Source: Neophaeotheca triangularis (lineage: Eukaryota). Taken from it: DNA of 64,000 bases. The stretch lies in NCBI GenBank assembly GCA_054600435.1, contig BAAIJX010000002.1:310001-374000 (forward strand), read 5' to 3'. The notes under the pieces were generated by a model, which did no database searches, was not told the origin of the DNA, and was given only the letters and a program-made list of their open reading frames with translations. Position 1 is the stretch's first letter. Each line of letters opens with the position of its first letter. The position numbers and the translations under genes were made by a program. Positions 12,678-25,869 of the stretch are shown piece after piece.

Positions 12678-12754
12678 GAGAGGCCGTCGCATTTTGAGAG
12701 GTCGTCGCACTTCCGAGTCGAGAGGTCGTAGTTGCATTTCAAGAGGTTGTAGTT
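12678..12754 (+). repeat. Left subterminal direct repeats, consensus GAGAGGTCGT(C/A)G
   Basis: Four copies starting at 12678, 12696, 12720 and 12741, just inside the GTGCCAAG/CTTGGCAC hairpin (12641-12667). Confidence 0.75.
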
Positions 12755-12999
12755 AAGCTATTGTAGGTAATAGAAGTTTTGGCCGTAGCTTACGACTTCA
12801 TCACGACAACATGGTGGGTATTGATTGCGATACTATGATTACGAGACCTAGGTTAGATTGTGCTACGACGTTATGAACATTTATTTCTTCACTCTAATTT
12901 AGCTTTACTCCAATTTAGCTTTAAATAAGGACATTCTTAGTACTTAGAACTTTCGCAGGACACGACGTACTCTAACTATAAGTGTAGACAGGTAGTAGC

Positions 13000-15900
13000 A
13001 TGTTACTTATACCTACTCCGAGACCTGAAATGCTTTCCATAAGATCCCCGCTAACACATATACCGAAAGGACTCGTGTATAACGGCTACATGTTCTCTTA
13101 TATAGTGAACCTCCTTGAATTCTTATGTATAGTTGCTATAGGAGTACGGGATACATTAAGCGTCGTGTTTTTTTTTATGCTCCTATAGAGCTTTAGTAGT
13201 CGTATAGGCTTTACTGTAATCTAAACATAGTAGCTTCTCGCCGTCATAGAAGCACTTTATATAGTCTACCGTCTACTACTTTATTATAAAGGTCATCCCG
13301 TAACTCCTTAGACACGGTAGCCGTTTTCGGATTCGCTTAATATTAGTGCGGTAGTGTCTCGCCTCGTGTTCATCGCGCCTAATCCTTTCAGAAAACTACT
13401 CTATACAACTCGGGAACTAATAGAGCTATCTACTACCGGTATCCTTTCGTTAGACTCTTCGTAAGTACTCGGCTAGGCTTAATTGGGTTTTAAAGCCCTC
13501 GCCGTAGTCCGGACAGTTAGCGCTATACCTCTTAGTTATTATATAGCCCTCGTCGCCGTTAGCGTTATAGCGATATCGAAGCGTAACATCGGTAGAGCTA
13601 CCCTTAAGCTATTTAGCGCTATCTGTCTACCTATAAGTCTCGTACTCTTACTCTACTTTAGTTAGTAGTCTAATTGTGTTACGGTAAGTTTATATCGCGC
13701 TACTATATTAGAGACTATAATCTATTATATCGGGGTCCGTACTATTAAAGATACTTGCGTCGAGCTTCTAATAAGATAGTAAAGTTAAGTATACTATAAA
13801 CTATTCATGTATATAGGCTTACCCGCTTATGTTAATACTACTAATAGAATCGTACATGTTCGCTAGTCTTTTAACTAAGAAGGAATTCTACCGTAGGCTC
13901 TAACTTGTATCCTCTTAGTAGGCTATGATTAAAGGGGTATAGACGGACTAGGAGATACATAATAGGTAGATGTCTAAGAACTCGTACCTATCCGCGAGTA
14001 TTGCCTATGTCTTATTATTAGTAGTAAGGCTGTCTAGTCCGTTAAAGATGATCACCATTTTAATCTTTCGGCCTCTATTAGGTTAAGCCCGTCTATAGAC
14101 GTTAATAGCTTAGAATTACTAATGAATCTTGTCCCCGTTAGTTACGTAATACTCTAGAAAGAGTGTATTACTAGTTCCTAGCTTATAGATATAGGGTATG
14201 TGGATTCGCTCTTGTTTCTATAACGCTATCGTTAGTTACATTACGGTTATAATAGTCTATAGGCGTCTAGCGACGGGCGAGAAGTAAGAGTGATACGTGT
14301 CTATTAACTATTCACATCGAGCTTCTATTATATAGATTCGCTTTAAACTCGTAATCCGGTCACTTACCCTAACTACCGTCATAAAGACTTAAAAGTTACT
14401 ATTAAAGTCGTCTTCTTACTCGGTACCTTTAAGGTAGCTAGCTAGAGAACAAGTCTATTAGTACCGAGGTGCTTACGTTCCTACTAAATCCCTACTATAT
14501 TACCTAGTAAGTTGAGTCGTATCCGGTTCGTAGCGCTTCCTTAAACATAGCTAGGGGTATTCTAGTATTTATCAATATAGTTTCGACTCGAGAGAGTAGG
14601 ACATCTAGCATTTCCTAGTTAAATACCTACGAAAGACCCTTAGCTATCTCGTCGCTTATAGTAGGTTCTTTACGAGCTTCGAGAAAGTCATATATAGCTA
14701 TATAATAACTAATGGCATATTCATTCTAGAGAGCCCCTACTTCTACTTTGCCTTTAGAAAGGTCGTCATCATTATCTACTAGAGTAGCTCTAGCGTCAAA
14801 TATGATTTCGCTCTTATCTACTACTATAAAAGAGGCGTTAGTATTAGTTATAAACAGATGAATCCTTAACCGCTAGAGACTTACTCTCGACCCTAAGGAG
14901 TTTAGATAGGGATATAGGTATAGTAAAGTAGGTACTTACGGTTTATAGGACGGCCTTTCAGGATCCTATCGAAAGCTTTACGGATAATAGTAGCGCTATA
15001 GCCTTATCCTTTGTAACGTTACTCGTAGATCTCGGTAAAGGGTAAAGGTAGGGCTACTAAAGTGTTCGCTTTACATATCGGATTATCATTTGCTACTATA
15101 GTAGTAGCTTTTTGTACGGTATAGTTTTATAAAAAGCCTAGGCCGCTATTCTCTATAGAAGCTAGTAGGTCCGAGCGATCCTTGTCGGTAATAGCTATAA
15201 TAGCCTCTTAACGTCTACTAGTAGATCTAGATATAGGTAGAATGTTAGTGTTCTTAGTAGACTAGCTTATACTATTAGGATTCGGCCTAGATGTCTTTAA
15301 GGCTCTAGACTAGTCCGTAGGATAGTCGAGTACGTATCTACATAAGTCCTCGTAGAGTTCGGAAAGGTATTACTATCTTAACTTATAGCCTAGGCTATAA
15401 GTAGGCTCGGCCTACTCGAGTTACTCTCTAGGAGTAGCTAGCTAACAGTACGTCTTAAAGGCTATCTAATCGTAATCCGAGCTATTAGACTAAGTGAGAC
15501 TAGGAATTAGCTTGTAGTACTAATTTACATTAGCCTATCTAGTCTTAATATGCGTGACTATAGTAATGGCTTTCGCGAGACGAGAGAGTTAATCTAAGTT
15601 AGGCTTATATAGAGAGTCGGGCTCGCTTAGAGAGTTATGTAAGTCAATATAACCCTACTTCTAGCTAAGCATTACTATTATCTATATGTGAATCTAATAG
15701 TTATTCGTCGGGTTAAAGACTACATGAAGATTTGTCATATTATTAGGTAGGTCCGCTAATACTTATGCCTAGAATTTCTTGTCGCTAAATTGTAAAAAGG
15801 AGTTATACTCGATTTGCTTTTTCATCTCCTTAAGGGACTTGTTTTTCAAGCTATAGGCGGTATTGTGTTGAACTAGTTCTAATAGCCTAGTCCTAAGTGC

Positions 15901-16353
15901 TAAGTTAATAACGGTCGGTAATGTAAAGACGCCGTGTCCTAGTACTAGGGCCTTTAATGCTAATAACCTTACTAACCGACTTAATAATATAGAGTCCGTT
16001 ACCTAATCGTCGAATTTGTTCTCGTAGTATACCGGTAAGATCTTGAGGATGTCCTTAGTAGTTAGTAGAGCCCTACTAGAGGTAGCTACCTCTAATTTCG
16101 TTTAGAGCGGAGAGAGAGTAGCCCTATAGTAAAGCGTATCCTCGTTAAGTCGTTACTAATAAATCATTAAAACTTTATAGTATACATACCTAAGCATAGT
16201 TACCTTTAGGTTAAGGCCTTTATCCTTATCATGATTACTTATCGAAGAAATGGTTGTCCGGAGATACTTTACATACTAGAATGCTCTTTTAACGGTATAT
16301 CTATACTCTAGCATAATAGGATGTAACGTTTTAAATGTTATCGACATAGGCAT
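13000..16353 (-). pseudogene. RIP-mutated multidomain gene: Ulp1/peptidase C48-like protease, unknown middle region, ~5 C2H2 zinc fingers
   Basis: Read through TAA/TAG with apparent introns. Protease motifs: DD[W]VTDSIL, VFNPTNN[H][W]I (~15696), LH[D]SL, T[Q]SNSSD[C] (~15480). C-terminal fingers: CPD[C]GEGFKTQLSLAE[H], [C]xFPSCxExF...HEARH, C[P]RS[C]GMTF, C[P]D[C][G]KAY...EHKKKH, P[C]S.S.[C]T[Q]EF...EHVAVIH. Brackets mark de-RIPed residues. Confidence 0.72.
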
Positions 16354-17013
16354 TAGACGATTAAGTATAGTAGTATTTTGATCCGCATTTAACTACGCGG
16401 GTTATTTCGGTAGTAGTTATTACTTCGATTACTAAGTTACTATATAGTAGCTACTCTTATTATTAAAAGAACTATCGGAAGAACTATCGTTAGTAATAAT
16501 AATAGGGTCGTGTAACGGACCTTACCTAATAACCTCTTCTACTACTAAGTCGTCTTATTAAACGAATAGCGTTAAAGATTCTTCTTAATCGTCTACTAGG
16601 GACGTCTAGAAAACCCTTTATCCGCGTCCCCTACGTCTAGTACGTTAGCCGTGTTAGGACAGTAATAGCCACGTCTTATCGAGGGGCTTCGTATCCCGCT
16701 ATATTTATATATGTCCTACTACTTCTATTCGAGTCTCGTAAAATATGAGTACGTCGCTTCGCTTCCTACTTATCATATCTTAGGGTTTTACTCGTCATAT
16801 ATAGTTACTACCTATCCTATAGCCTACTATAGCTCCTCTCTAGTTAGAGTCCAAACCTAATACTATACTAGGCTATAGTATAGTCTATGATCCGGGTTAT
16901 GATTTGGGTCACGATTCGGGTCATGATTCGGTTTATGATTCGGGTCCTGATTCGGTTTATGATTTAGGCACTAGTTAGGGCTTTTAAGTAGTAATTATTC
17001 TCTATTAGGAAAT

Positions 17014-18033
17014 AATGGGTAGCCTTAGTATACTTATATAGCATTACGCTCTACTATTCGTAGTTTAGTCCTACTACTTATAACCTTATAAACAAACACT
17101 ATTTAACCTATACACTTCTAATACTTAAAGGATCGAGTAAAGTAGTAAGGTTTACCTTTACCTATAAGCTATATAGACTAGTGCCTAATTAGCGACAAGT
17201 CCTTACTATAGCCGTTAATATACCTACTACTACCTTTATATACTAAAGCTAATATATACCTCGTCCCTTAAGGGCCCTATCGCTCTTCGATAGGTTCATC
17301 TTATGATCTACTAACCTTCGACATAGAGACGTAATATAGTTAGTTCATGTAATAAGACCTAGCTAAAGTAGCTCTCTAAAGGGATTACTAGCGCTTTATA
17401 GAAGAAGAGAGAAGGCCTACTACATAGTGGCATCGCACTATACTATAAGAGTTATTTAAGGAAGAGCTATAAGAGGTAGTTCTATGTATATAACCGTACG
17501 AAAGGCTATAGCCGCTAGAATAGACACCTAATCTAATAATAGTAGAGCCTCTAGTTATAGTACCCATAACTAGACATACTATATACTCCTACTATAACGA
17601 CGAGGCTTTTACATTATCTTAATGGTAGCTAAAGAACATGTCGCCTATTATAAAGCCGAAATATTCCCTTACCTAGGTCACGACCTACAATACTACTATT
17701 ATATTTACCTAGACATACGAGTTCGACGACGATGTACTAGAGGTATCGGAGATGATTTACGACGCCCTTCTTATAGTAGAGGAGCATGTAAAGTATACTA
17801 GGAAGGCTTACTAGGAGGTCGCTCGTGATGCTATTATGTTAGTATCTTCTATACGACACTTAGGCCTCTATAAGTAGCTAGATTTCAAGAACAGCTCTTA
17901 CTAGTCTAAGAACATCTACCCTTTAGCTAACCGTTATAGTTAGAGAGACCCTAACTATGTAGTTACTATAGAGGTTATATAGGCCTTTTCAAATTATGAG
18001 GATAGTGTTATACCTAATACCCCCTAGTACTAA
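17014..18033 (+). pseudogene. RIP-mutated hypothetical gene
   Basis: One frame from ~17281 reads as ~250 codons of protein-like sequence broken only by TAA/TAG. No domain recognised; 5' end uncertain. Confidence 0.45.
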
Positions 18034-18060
18034 TACTATCCCTAACGCTAATACACTCTC

Positions 18061-21000
18061 TTAGCCTATTCTTTTCCGCTTCGCTAGACGTGTCCTACTA
18101 TTCCCCTTTTATATCTCTATCTCGCTAGGTCTAGACTACCTTAATCTTCGCTCTTTTACATTATAGGTATCCTATACCTCCTTCACTTCCTAGTTAGTAT
18201 TCTATAGTATGTTGTATGTCTTGAAGTCAGCTATATTATTAATGTACATATCCCTACCCCTAACCTTATTCTCATCGACTAGTACTATGTGTATACTATA
18301 GTATATACTAGTTAGCCCATATATCTAACGGCCTCTTAGTTTACTAGCCTATAGGGAACTCGGTACTAGTATAATTAATGTCATGCTATAGGTGTCGTTA
18401 GCGAGACCTCTTAGATCCTTTAGTTAGTATAGATTAACGAAAGTACCTGTATATATAGGACGGTCTTTCATACTACTATCGAATAGTTACTACCCTTATT
18501 ATGTTATTAGAACATCTTTAACTAATAGTACTAGGTATAGCTATACTAGTAGCCTACTATTAAACGCGATGTCATCTTCCGCTCGTTCCAATATATTAGT
18601 AGTATACTCTTATACCTATAACTAGTCGTACCTTGTATTCCTAATCGTCCCTTACTAGTTAGGATTATAGCGTATAACATCTAGTTCCTCTACATTAGGG
18701 TTTATTAGGTTACTACCGCTTCTTTTCTAATACTATAAGGAAGCATAAAATTTTACCTAGAGATCTAGTACCTATTAGTCTACTACGATGAGACGATCTA
18801 GATCCGCTTCCTACTTATATGTATTCACCGGATCGTTCACTAGATCATTCGCCGGATCATTTACTAGATTATGGACCGGATCATGGACTAGATCATAGAC
18901 TAGATCGGTACTCGAGTCGTTAACTAGATCGGTACTCGAATCATTAACCGGATTAGGATACGAATCGTTTACTAAACTAGTTACCAATTCGTATCCTGGT
19001 CTAGTTACCGGTTCGCTCGTCATTCTAGCGACATCTATATAAGTAGATGTTCTTTATTCATGTATGAATACTATAATTACCTTATATAGGTAAGTGCCTA
19101 TTAGTTTACCTATTAGGCCTTACACTTTATGTATAGTCCTCTACCTATTCTAAGCTCTTACCCCCTTCGATTAAGTAGGCTATCTAAAGAACCTATAGAC
19201 TTCTACTAACTCTATTAGCTGTACTAGCTAGCTAGTGTCCTTAGCGAGCTCCGTAGTACTCCTAGCTCTTCCTATTAGGCTAAGATCGAACTACGCTTAT
19301 AGATAGAATAATCTAGTTATGTATTCGAATATTTGAGTCTTCTAGCTAGAGCACTTATTCGTGATCTTAAACAAGTCTTTAATGAAATCAATGTGCTTAT
19401 ACTCGAAATGGCTACTGTTAAGGTCTAGGGCATTCCTATATATTCGAATCATATCTAGGTAATACACTATAATATGCTATTTAGGGAAATTAAAGTGACC
19501 TTTACTAGTGTCGACTCCCTACTATATAGTAATGTAGTACTTCCTAAATACTTCCTTAAACTAGTTTATTCGAAATAGTACTAGGGTTATGAAACCTAGA
19601 GTGTCCTTATCGTGGCTCTAGTACATCGCTAGTAATACGAAGTCTATTACCGCCTATAAGAAACGTACTATATCGTGTTCTCCTACTTCTAATAGTAATG
19701 GGGTTAGTACTAGTAGTAGCTATTAGAGGATACTCTTATTCTCTTTCCCTATCTACTACTTTATAGATGAAAGGTAGCGGAATACCTTTAATCCTAGGTA
19801 AGGAGGCACTACTATAAAACATTTGTCTACTACTTTGGTTATCTTTGTTTTAGAAATAGGACCTGTTTTCTTATAGTAGCCTTAATATGCATTTAGGGCA
19901 CGTTGTTATGTCGTCTCTTAGGGTATAGCATTCTTAGACATCTTGTCTTCTAATAGAGTTATGGCCTATTATAATATATGTATTATAACCCCTTTTAAGA
20001 GTTAGTAGAGGATATCGACTATCATGGTTTTATAGATGTTAATGTGCTTATGTCCGAAAGCGAAACAGTCGATGTTATGTACCTATAAGTCATCTTCCTT
20101 TTTAATTGCCCCTATTCATTATTATTAGTACTGTTCTTAGCTCTAGGCATATAAGCGCTATAGCATAGTGGCTTCGAGGTCTTCTCTATTACCCGGTTCG
20201 ATTATGTATATTATATAATGCTAGTTAGCTTTAACCCCTATGATTTTGACTTGTTCTTTGTAGTCGATAGCTATTATAGCTAATATCAGGAAACATTGTC
20301 TAGTCTAACTATCTACGTACTCTACTTTAAAGCTACTATCGTTAACGTAGTCTCTTATAGGGTTAAATAGTATCTAGAGACATTCATAGAATAGTCTCGT
20401 TCGGTCCTCTAGATTATCTTCCTTAACTATTAGTAGTATTACTAACAATATACTCCCTACTCGCTTATTCATATTCTATATACTAGTATCGAGGTTACTA
20501 ATTATGAGGTATACTACATAGGTAGCTAGGTCGCCTAAGTGATTCATAACTTAAGTCTTATCGCTTACTACTATTAATAGTACTACCGTTACTCTATCTA
20601 TGTTGATTCTACGTTACATGTTCTACTACTAATCTCTAGATGCTATATCAGTATATATTCGTTTAGGTAGTTGTCCTATTATAAATATGTGGTAGGGCTT
20701 ATAGGTTAGCTCTATATCGAATCCTTTATAGCCTATAAAGAAGTGTATACTGTCTAGGACGTTCCTATGTCAGAGTGTATACTTCGTCTTTCTTATATCG
20801 CTTTAAGGGGAGTCTACTTCTACTTCTCTTATAAACTAGTTAGAGGCTTTAGTTACCGGCTTAGTGCCTATAGTCCTTATATGTGCCTTAAGCTTATCGC
20901 TTATCTTCTAACTAAGTAGATCTCGAAGGGAGCCTACATTTAGGTTACTAAGTAGGCACATAATCGCCCTCCCTAATATATTTTCCTCTATTATCTAATG

Positions 21001-22080
21001 TATGAAACTTAGATCGAACGCGCTCTTAAATACTCTATAAGCACTATCTTTATCTGTAATATTGTCCTCCTTATAAGGGCTCGATCCCCTTAACTAGGAT
21101 TTCGCTACTAGATTAGGTCTCGAATTAGGTCCTGAATTAGGTCCTAGATTAGGTCTCGAATTAGGTCTCGATTTAGGTCCTAGATTAGTGACTAGTATCG
21201 GTTCGGTTTTGTTCCTTAACGATACTAGTTATTATGTCTAATACTATATTATAGTAACATCTTACTTACCTATATAAACGTTGTCTAGCTTTCTACCTAG
21301 TTTGAACAGAATACTACTTATGTTTATAACTACTAGCATTTATCGAGGACGAAAGGCGCCTATTACTAATTAGTATAGAACTAGTACTTAGGTTTAGACC
21401 GTTACTATCGTCTTGTTTAACATCCCCCTCTTCGTTTAGTAACACTAGTTGTTCTACTTAGTCCTCTATATACATAGTAGACTCTATTTCCGATTCGTCT
21501 ATTACCCTATATATATCATCGAATATACCTAATGCGTCTATCTTATAGGTATGTAATATAGTCTTTATAGAGGTAGAATAGTCTTTCTAGGTTTTACTCT
21601 CTACTAAAGGAAGGGTAGCGTTCGAACGAGATTCGTTTATGATTGCTATATCTACCTTAGGGCTAGAGTTATAGGGCTATATACTTAGTATATAACTGTT
21701 ATTGTTCATATAATGGTCCCTATCAATCGAAAATGTAGGGTCTATAGCGCCGGCTTCATTAACTACCTCGAGTTAGTATCCCCCTTATTCGTTATGTGTT
21801 AATGCTAGTTATATACTCGAGTAGTAAAACTTACCTTCAACTTCGTTATTATAGCCCCTTTAGTCTTCGAGTTCTCTTAGGTATAGTATGTCTATATAGG
21901 ACGATACTAGTTCGCGCTATCGTATATAGCCCTATATATATTGTTTTAGGCCTTCCCTCCTTTTAAAGTTCGACTTACTACATAAAGAGTAAGCTCCTAA
22001 TGTTATTATCTTTAGTGTTCGGTATAGGTATGCTCGGTATAGTAGAATCTATTCATAGTAGTGTAGATTTACTATGTATC
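18061..22080 (-). pseudogene. Plavaka-family transposase, RIP-inactivated, with N-terminal C2H2 finger and introns
   Basis: Motifs in the expected order: VVSDKT[Q]...GDLA.YVVYL.I[G]NL (~20560), [C]VD[G].TRQCF, AIDYKEQ..I.GVKA..H[C]..[C] (~20260), VDIL[H][Q]LLKGV (~20000), HFNFPK[W]H...[H]Y.D.IR.Y[G] (~19480), HFE[H]KHIDFIK..FK.TNK (~19400), R[C]NPN[W]...R.D[W]..V and YINN.ADF..YN.L near the C-terminus. Confidence 0.88.
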
Positions 22081-22299
22081 TGTCCTTAACTATACTAGAT
22101 ATGCCTATGTATTTACGGGGAAGTCGTCACTACTAAACTAGTTATATAGATCCCGAACCGGATCCTGAATTAGTTCCTAGTTCAGGTCTTAAATGACTAG
22201 TTTAGGAATAACACCTATGTTTCGGGAATAACACTATTAGTTCATCAACCTAACTTATAGTATAAGTTTCCCTCTTCAATATCGTATTTCTTATGTTAT

Positions 22300-25200
22300 T
22301 ATTATATATATCGATTAGGTTACTACCCTTTATATTCGAGTACCTCCTAGACTATATACTAGTCTAGTAACTAGTTCGTTTATATTTCATGAACTAGGAC
22401 ACCTTTTAACCTTATAGTACACTTAATTCGTAGATATCGAACGGTTTAATGATTATGCCTCTATCTCTTTACTAGATATATATATCGATTAGGTTATATA
22501 TCTTTATATTCGAGCACCTCCTAGACTTTATACTAGTCTAGGAACTAGTTCGTTTATATTTCATGAACTAGGATACCTTTTAACATTATAGTACACTTAA
22601 TTTATAGATATCGAATAGTTTAATGATTATACCTCTATCTCTTTACTAGCTAATAATGCTGTCTATAGTCTACGTAATAGGTAGCTACTACTCTACCGTA
22701 GCCCCTAACCCGCCTTATGTATCCGTTATAGTAGTATCCTCGTTTCCCTTATCTATATCCCTCTATACCCTCATTTTAAGCGCTATAGCTTCGATACCTT
22801 TATAGATGTCTACTATGTTCATATAGCATTTCGCTAAGTCGACACTAAGGCTATAGTAAGACGAGTACGAGATAAGGTGATAACTTTCAGTATGCTTTAC
22901 TATTTGTACTGCCTTATTATACCTAACTCGACTAGTTAACTAGGTATCCGCTTCTAGTAACCATAACCTATCGAGTAATACGATAACATTAGCTAGTAGT
23001 AAGGACACTCCCATGTTAATCTTCAAGACTACTATAGCTATAATATAGGGACTATCTTCGTATCCTTCCGCTTTATTCTATGTAGTCTAGAACGCAATGA
23101 TCTTCGACCGGTTATTAGCGCTACCTAACCACGATTCGATAAGGGTAATGTTCTCGAGGTTACAAATGTAGGGGTAATCCCTCTTAGCTAACTAGTAGAG
23201 GTATACATATATAATCGCTATGTTTAGCGGTTTATGTGCTACGAAAACGATCTTCTTTAGGTAATTGAGCTCGTTCTTCTAGTTTCATATACTAGTTATT
23301 AACATCTTAATGTAGTATATAGTATTAGTTATGTTGAGTTCCTCTATGTACTTCTATAATATACTATTCTTTCTAGTATTAATAATCCTTTTTGTAGTGC
23401 TATTGTCCTATAAACCTATCTCTTTAGCTAATTCCGTATCATCCTAGGCTAACTAGTAGAGGGCTAGGTATATAGTAAAGACATGAAAGTAGTTAATGTA
23501 ACTAAAGAAGCTTTCCTCTAGTAAGGATTCCTCCTAGTGTGCCTTTAGTCTACTAGTATACTTCTCGTCTATAGGAACCATTATGTCGAATGTAGTATAT
23601 AGTAGAATGTTAATAGTAGGCATCCCCCTCTTAGTAGGATTAGGTTACTACTAAAGGTTAGGTTCGAATTTAATTATTTATAGCTCGATCTATTTAGTAA
23701 ATTCGGCAATTATATTGTTATATGCTGCCTTTACTATAGCGTCATCTACTCTAGCTAGCCCTTTCGCGAATATTAGCTAGATAGTATGTTTGTCGATAAC
23801 CTTAGTAATTAGGTCTATATCCTAGTAGCTAAGTTAGTTAATAACTTCAATTTGTTCCTTATTTAGACCTTTAACTATATAGGTATAGATACTAGTAGAG
23901 AAATCAGACGCTTTATACTTAAGGTTATTAGGTACGTTCGTTAGGTTAAAAGGGGCGAAGTTCTTTACCATACTGTTAAAGTACTTCGTAAATATAGTGA
24001 TAGAGATAGTCGCTATGTTCGTAGTATGTGTGAATAGAGTTACGCTAAGTACTAGTATAGGTAGGTCGCCTCTTATGTTTCCTACTATCGAGAATAGATA
24101 GGACTTAAATGCCCTAGTAGTATAGAACTCATCGACTAGTACGATCGACTACACTATATCGATAGGCTTTTTATTAGTCGCTTTAGTGTAAATAACATTA
24201 CCGATGTTAGACTAGTTTATTAATACCTACTAGTTACGATTCTACGAGTAGGCCTTATCCCCTTAGGTATAAAGTAAGTAGTCTTATACTAGTATACTAC
24301 CTTCTCTCTTATATGTCTACATTTATTCTTCTTCGAATACCTCTATAAGTTCGTCGTATAGGGCTAGTATACTCTTTAGGACCTACTACATGTAGTGGAC
24401 ATATCCTATATACTTTAGTATTATAGAACCCGTGTTTTCGAAGTTAGACTTTTTATATATAGCTTTATAGGTAATAACGATATAGGGTAGGCTACTCTTT
24501 TCGATAAACTTGAACTACTCACTAGCCTATTAGTTAAGCATGTTAATAGGGGTAATGATAAGGGCTAGGCCCCTCTTTATCTTTACTATAGTATTAGTAA
24601 GGCGAGTCAGCATCCTTTAGTTAAATACTCTAGGGTCGTATATCTCTAACTTAGGTATAGGTATGTATTTTAGGAAGCCGTCCCCTATAGATAGGCCTAG
24701 TATATCGTTATAGGGTTCCTCTTCGTTATACTATACCCTTCGTAAAATCTCTATAATAGCGAGGCTCGTTAGTGTTTTACTAAGGCCTATAGCTATTAAG
24801 TTAATGACGAGATTATGTCCTATAGTAATCTGTTTCATAAGAAATGTAGTAGCGAAAAACTAGTATGCTTTCAATATATACTGTTTATTCTAGCCTAGCT
24901 AATAGACTATACTCCTAGAGTTATATTTATTAGGATTAAAGCCGAAAAATTAGTAGGTATATCTCTAAGCTTTAGGCGAAAAGTGAGATGACTAAATGTA
25001 CTTACTAATGACATCATCATCCTTATCTATGACTTCGACTACATACGCGTTAGAGTTATTATTATTCCTACCTAGTATATTATTATCGATAGGAACTCAA
25101 GCCTTAAGTTCTATAGATGTACTTAATAGCTAGTCTACTAGATTGTATTCGAATTCGCCTTTGAAATCGATAGATAGTTCGTTATAACGCTTCGCTTTCT

Positions 25201-25816
25201 ACATTATAGTAGTAGCTAGGTCAATTCTAATTATGTAAGGAAAGTCTTTCGATAGCTCTTTAGTAGAAGTAATAGTAGACATCTAGGGAATAGCCTTAAC
25301 TAGAGTACTAGTAGGACTAGATGACTAAGTGCCTCCTAATTCAGCCGCGTCTTATTACTTCATCGCATTTTCCTAGTTTATAAGTTCGAGCTCCTAAATC
25401 ATGAACTCATTTTCCTAGATCATGAACTGTTCGACCTAGTTTGCGAACTCATTCTCCTAGATTATGAACTATTCGACCTAGTTCATGAACTCATTTTCCT
25501 AGATCGTGAACTGTTCGACCTAGTTCGCGAACTTACTTTACTAGATCGCGAAGGTAGTATCTATAGTATCTATGTCACTTTCTTAGCTCTCGACCTTATT
25601 CATGTAGTTATCGAGGTTCTTCTAAACATTCTTAAGGTCCTAATCCTATGTCTCGAGCTCTACTAACTTCTTGTTTAACTCTTCCTCCTATATAGCGAGA
25701 GTTTTAGAAGTAGCTAGCTCTATACTAGCTATACTAGTAGGTAGGACATCGTCTAACGACGATTTCGATATCGTTTTAGTATTAGCTTCTATATTCCTCG
25801 ATAGGACTATAAACAT
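22300..25816 (-). pseudogene. SNF2-family (SF2) ATPase/helicase with N-terminal heptad-repeat coiled coil, RIP-inactivated
   Basis: LKAY[Q]F (Q motif), [M]GL[G]KTLTSLA (~24785), [W]SIVLVDEF[H] (~24130), LVLS[A]T[P]F, and C-terminal NMGVSL..ANVIVLLD..W..EADT[Q]..[G]RV. 21-bp repeats at 25390-25550 encode QENEF/NQVEQF heptads. Confidence 0.85.
22302..22649. repeat. 174-bp tandem duplication (2 copies), possibly an in-frame 58-aa repeat at the SNF2 C-terminus
   Basis: TCGATTAGGTT at 22311 and 22485; copies differ mostly by transitions. Confidence 0.85.
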
Positions 25817-25869
25817 AGTTAGTAATAGGAAGAGGTAGTATATATATATAGTTAATATCGACTTATATT

